Assembly: GCA_050738315.1 (NCBI GenBank)
Contig: JBOHZD010000129.1
Location: 1 to 59,994, forward strand
Direction: 5' to 3'
Length of the DNA: 59,994 bases
Origin: Woeseiaceae bacterium
GTDB lineage: Bacteria > Pseudomonadota > Gammaproteobacteria > Steroidobacterales > Woeseiaceae
The position numbers were made by a program, and so were the translations under genes. This document shows, piece after piece, positions 59,698-59,994 of the stretch (position 1 is its first letter; each line of letters begins with the position of its first letter). The notes beneath the pieces are model-generated. The model saw only the letters and a list, made by a program, of their open reading frames with translations. It ran no database searches and had not been told where the DNA came from.

Positions 59698-59898
59698 GCA
59701 CGCGGAGGCTGGAGCGGGGTGCGCTTTTCAGGAACGCCGTGAATACGTCCCTGTAGGCTTCGGGCGAAACATCCCTGTTTCGCACGATCCTGAAAAGCGC
59801 TCCCCGCTCCAGGCCCCGCTCCGACCGTTACGGGTGGTCGTGTGCACTGCCGTCGAATCGGGCCTCTGTAGGAGCCCGCCATGCGGGCGACCGACGGT
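59698..59898 (+). repeat. Structured intergenic repeat, copy B
   Basis: Same element and orientation as 43000-43199. Arms 59711-59733 / 59788-59810 (23 nt, 1 mismatch). Inner hairpin 59764-59783. Begins 15 nt after the permease stop. Confidence 0.75.
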
Positions 59899-59994
59899 GA
59901 AAGGACGACGCATTGTTTGGCGATCCTGACAACCAGGATGCCAGAGCCGAAAAGCGCTACCCATTCCGGACTCCGCCGACGCTTCGTCGCAGCG

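Overview
Gene-dense, visibly GC-rich core-chromosome segment of a gammaproteobacterium. The left edge holds the 5' end of a 16S rRNA gene (minus strand) with its leader (boxA, sigma70-type promoter). Most of the rest is housekeeping genes, and from memory their order mirrors two Pseudomonas-type core neighbourhoods. The first is rrn-tyrS-M23 peptidase-anmK, ppk/ppx, erpA-bactofilin-membrane protein, hemJ, rppH. The second is the type IV pilus Pil-Chp chemosensory cluster pilG-pilH-pilI-pilJ-chpA-cheW (32.4-41.8 kb), followed by gshB, tonB, yqgE, ruvX, pyrB, three tandem PilT/PilU-family ATPases, yggS, proC, yggT, DUF4426 and HU. A vitamin B12 theme is scattered over 11.5-30 kb: a FecCD-type permease, a BtuD-like ATPase, a cobalamin riboswitch plus btuB, a PduO-type adenosyltransferase and btuF. 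I found no transposase, integrase, phage, CRISPR, toxin-antitoxin or recognisable defence genes, and I cannot honestly point to a multi-gene novel system. The least-explained signals are: (1) a ~200-bp structured repeat present twice (43.0 and 59.7 kb), each starting ~15 nt after a stop codon, with compensatory changes that preserve a long hairpin; (2) a ~0.45-kb AT-rich insert flanked by a 12-nt direct repeat, which splits two hydrolase genes and ends in a strong terminator (18.4-18.9 kb); (3) a secreted 19-His mini-protein upstream of a GAF-GGDEF gene; (4) pyrB translationally coupled to a PyrK-like flavoprotein; (5) a third PilT/U paralogue; (6) a Pil-Chp cluster without CheR/CheB genes; (7) an overlapping ampD-ampE-btuF-GNAT operon. 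Many long ORFs in the track are antisense artefacts of high GC content.
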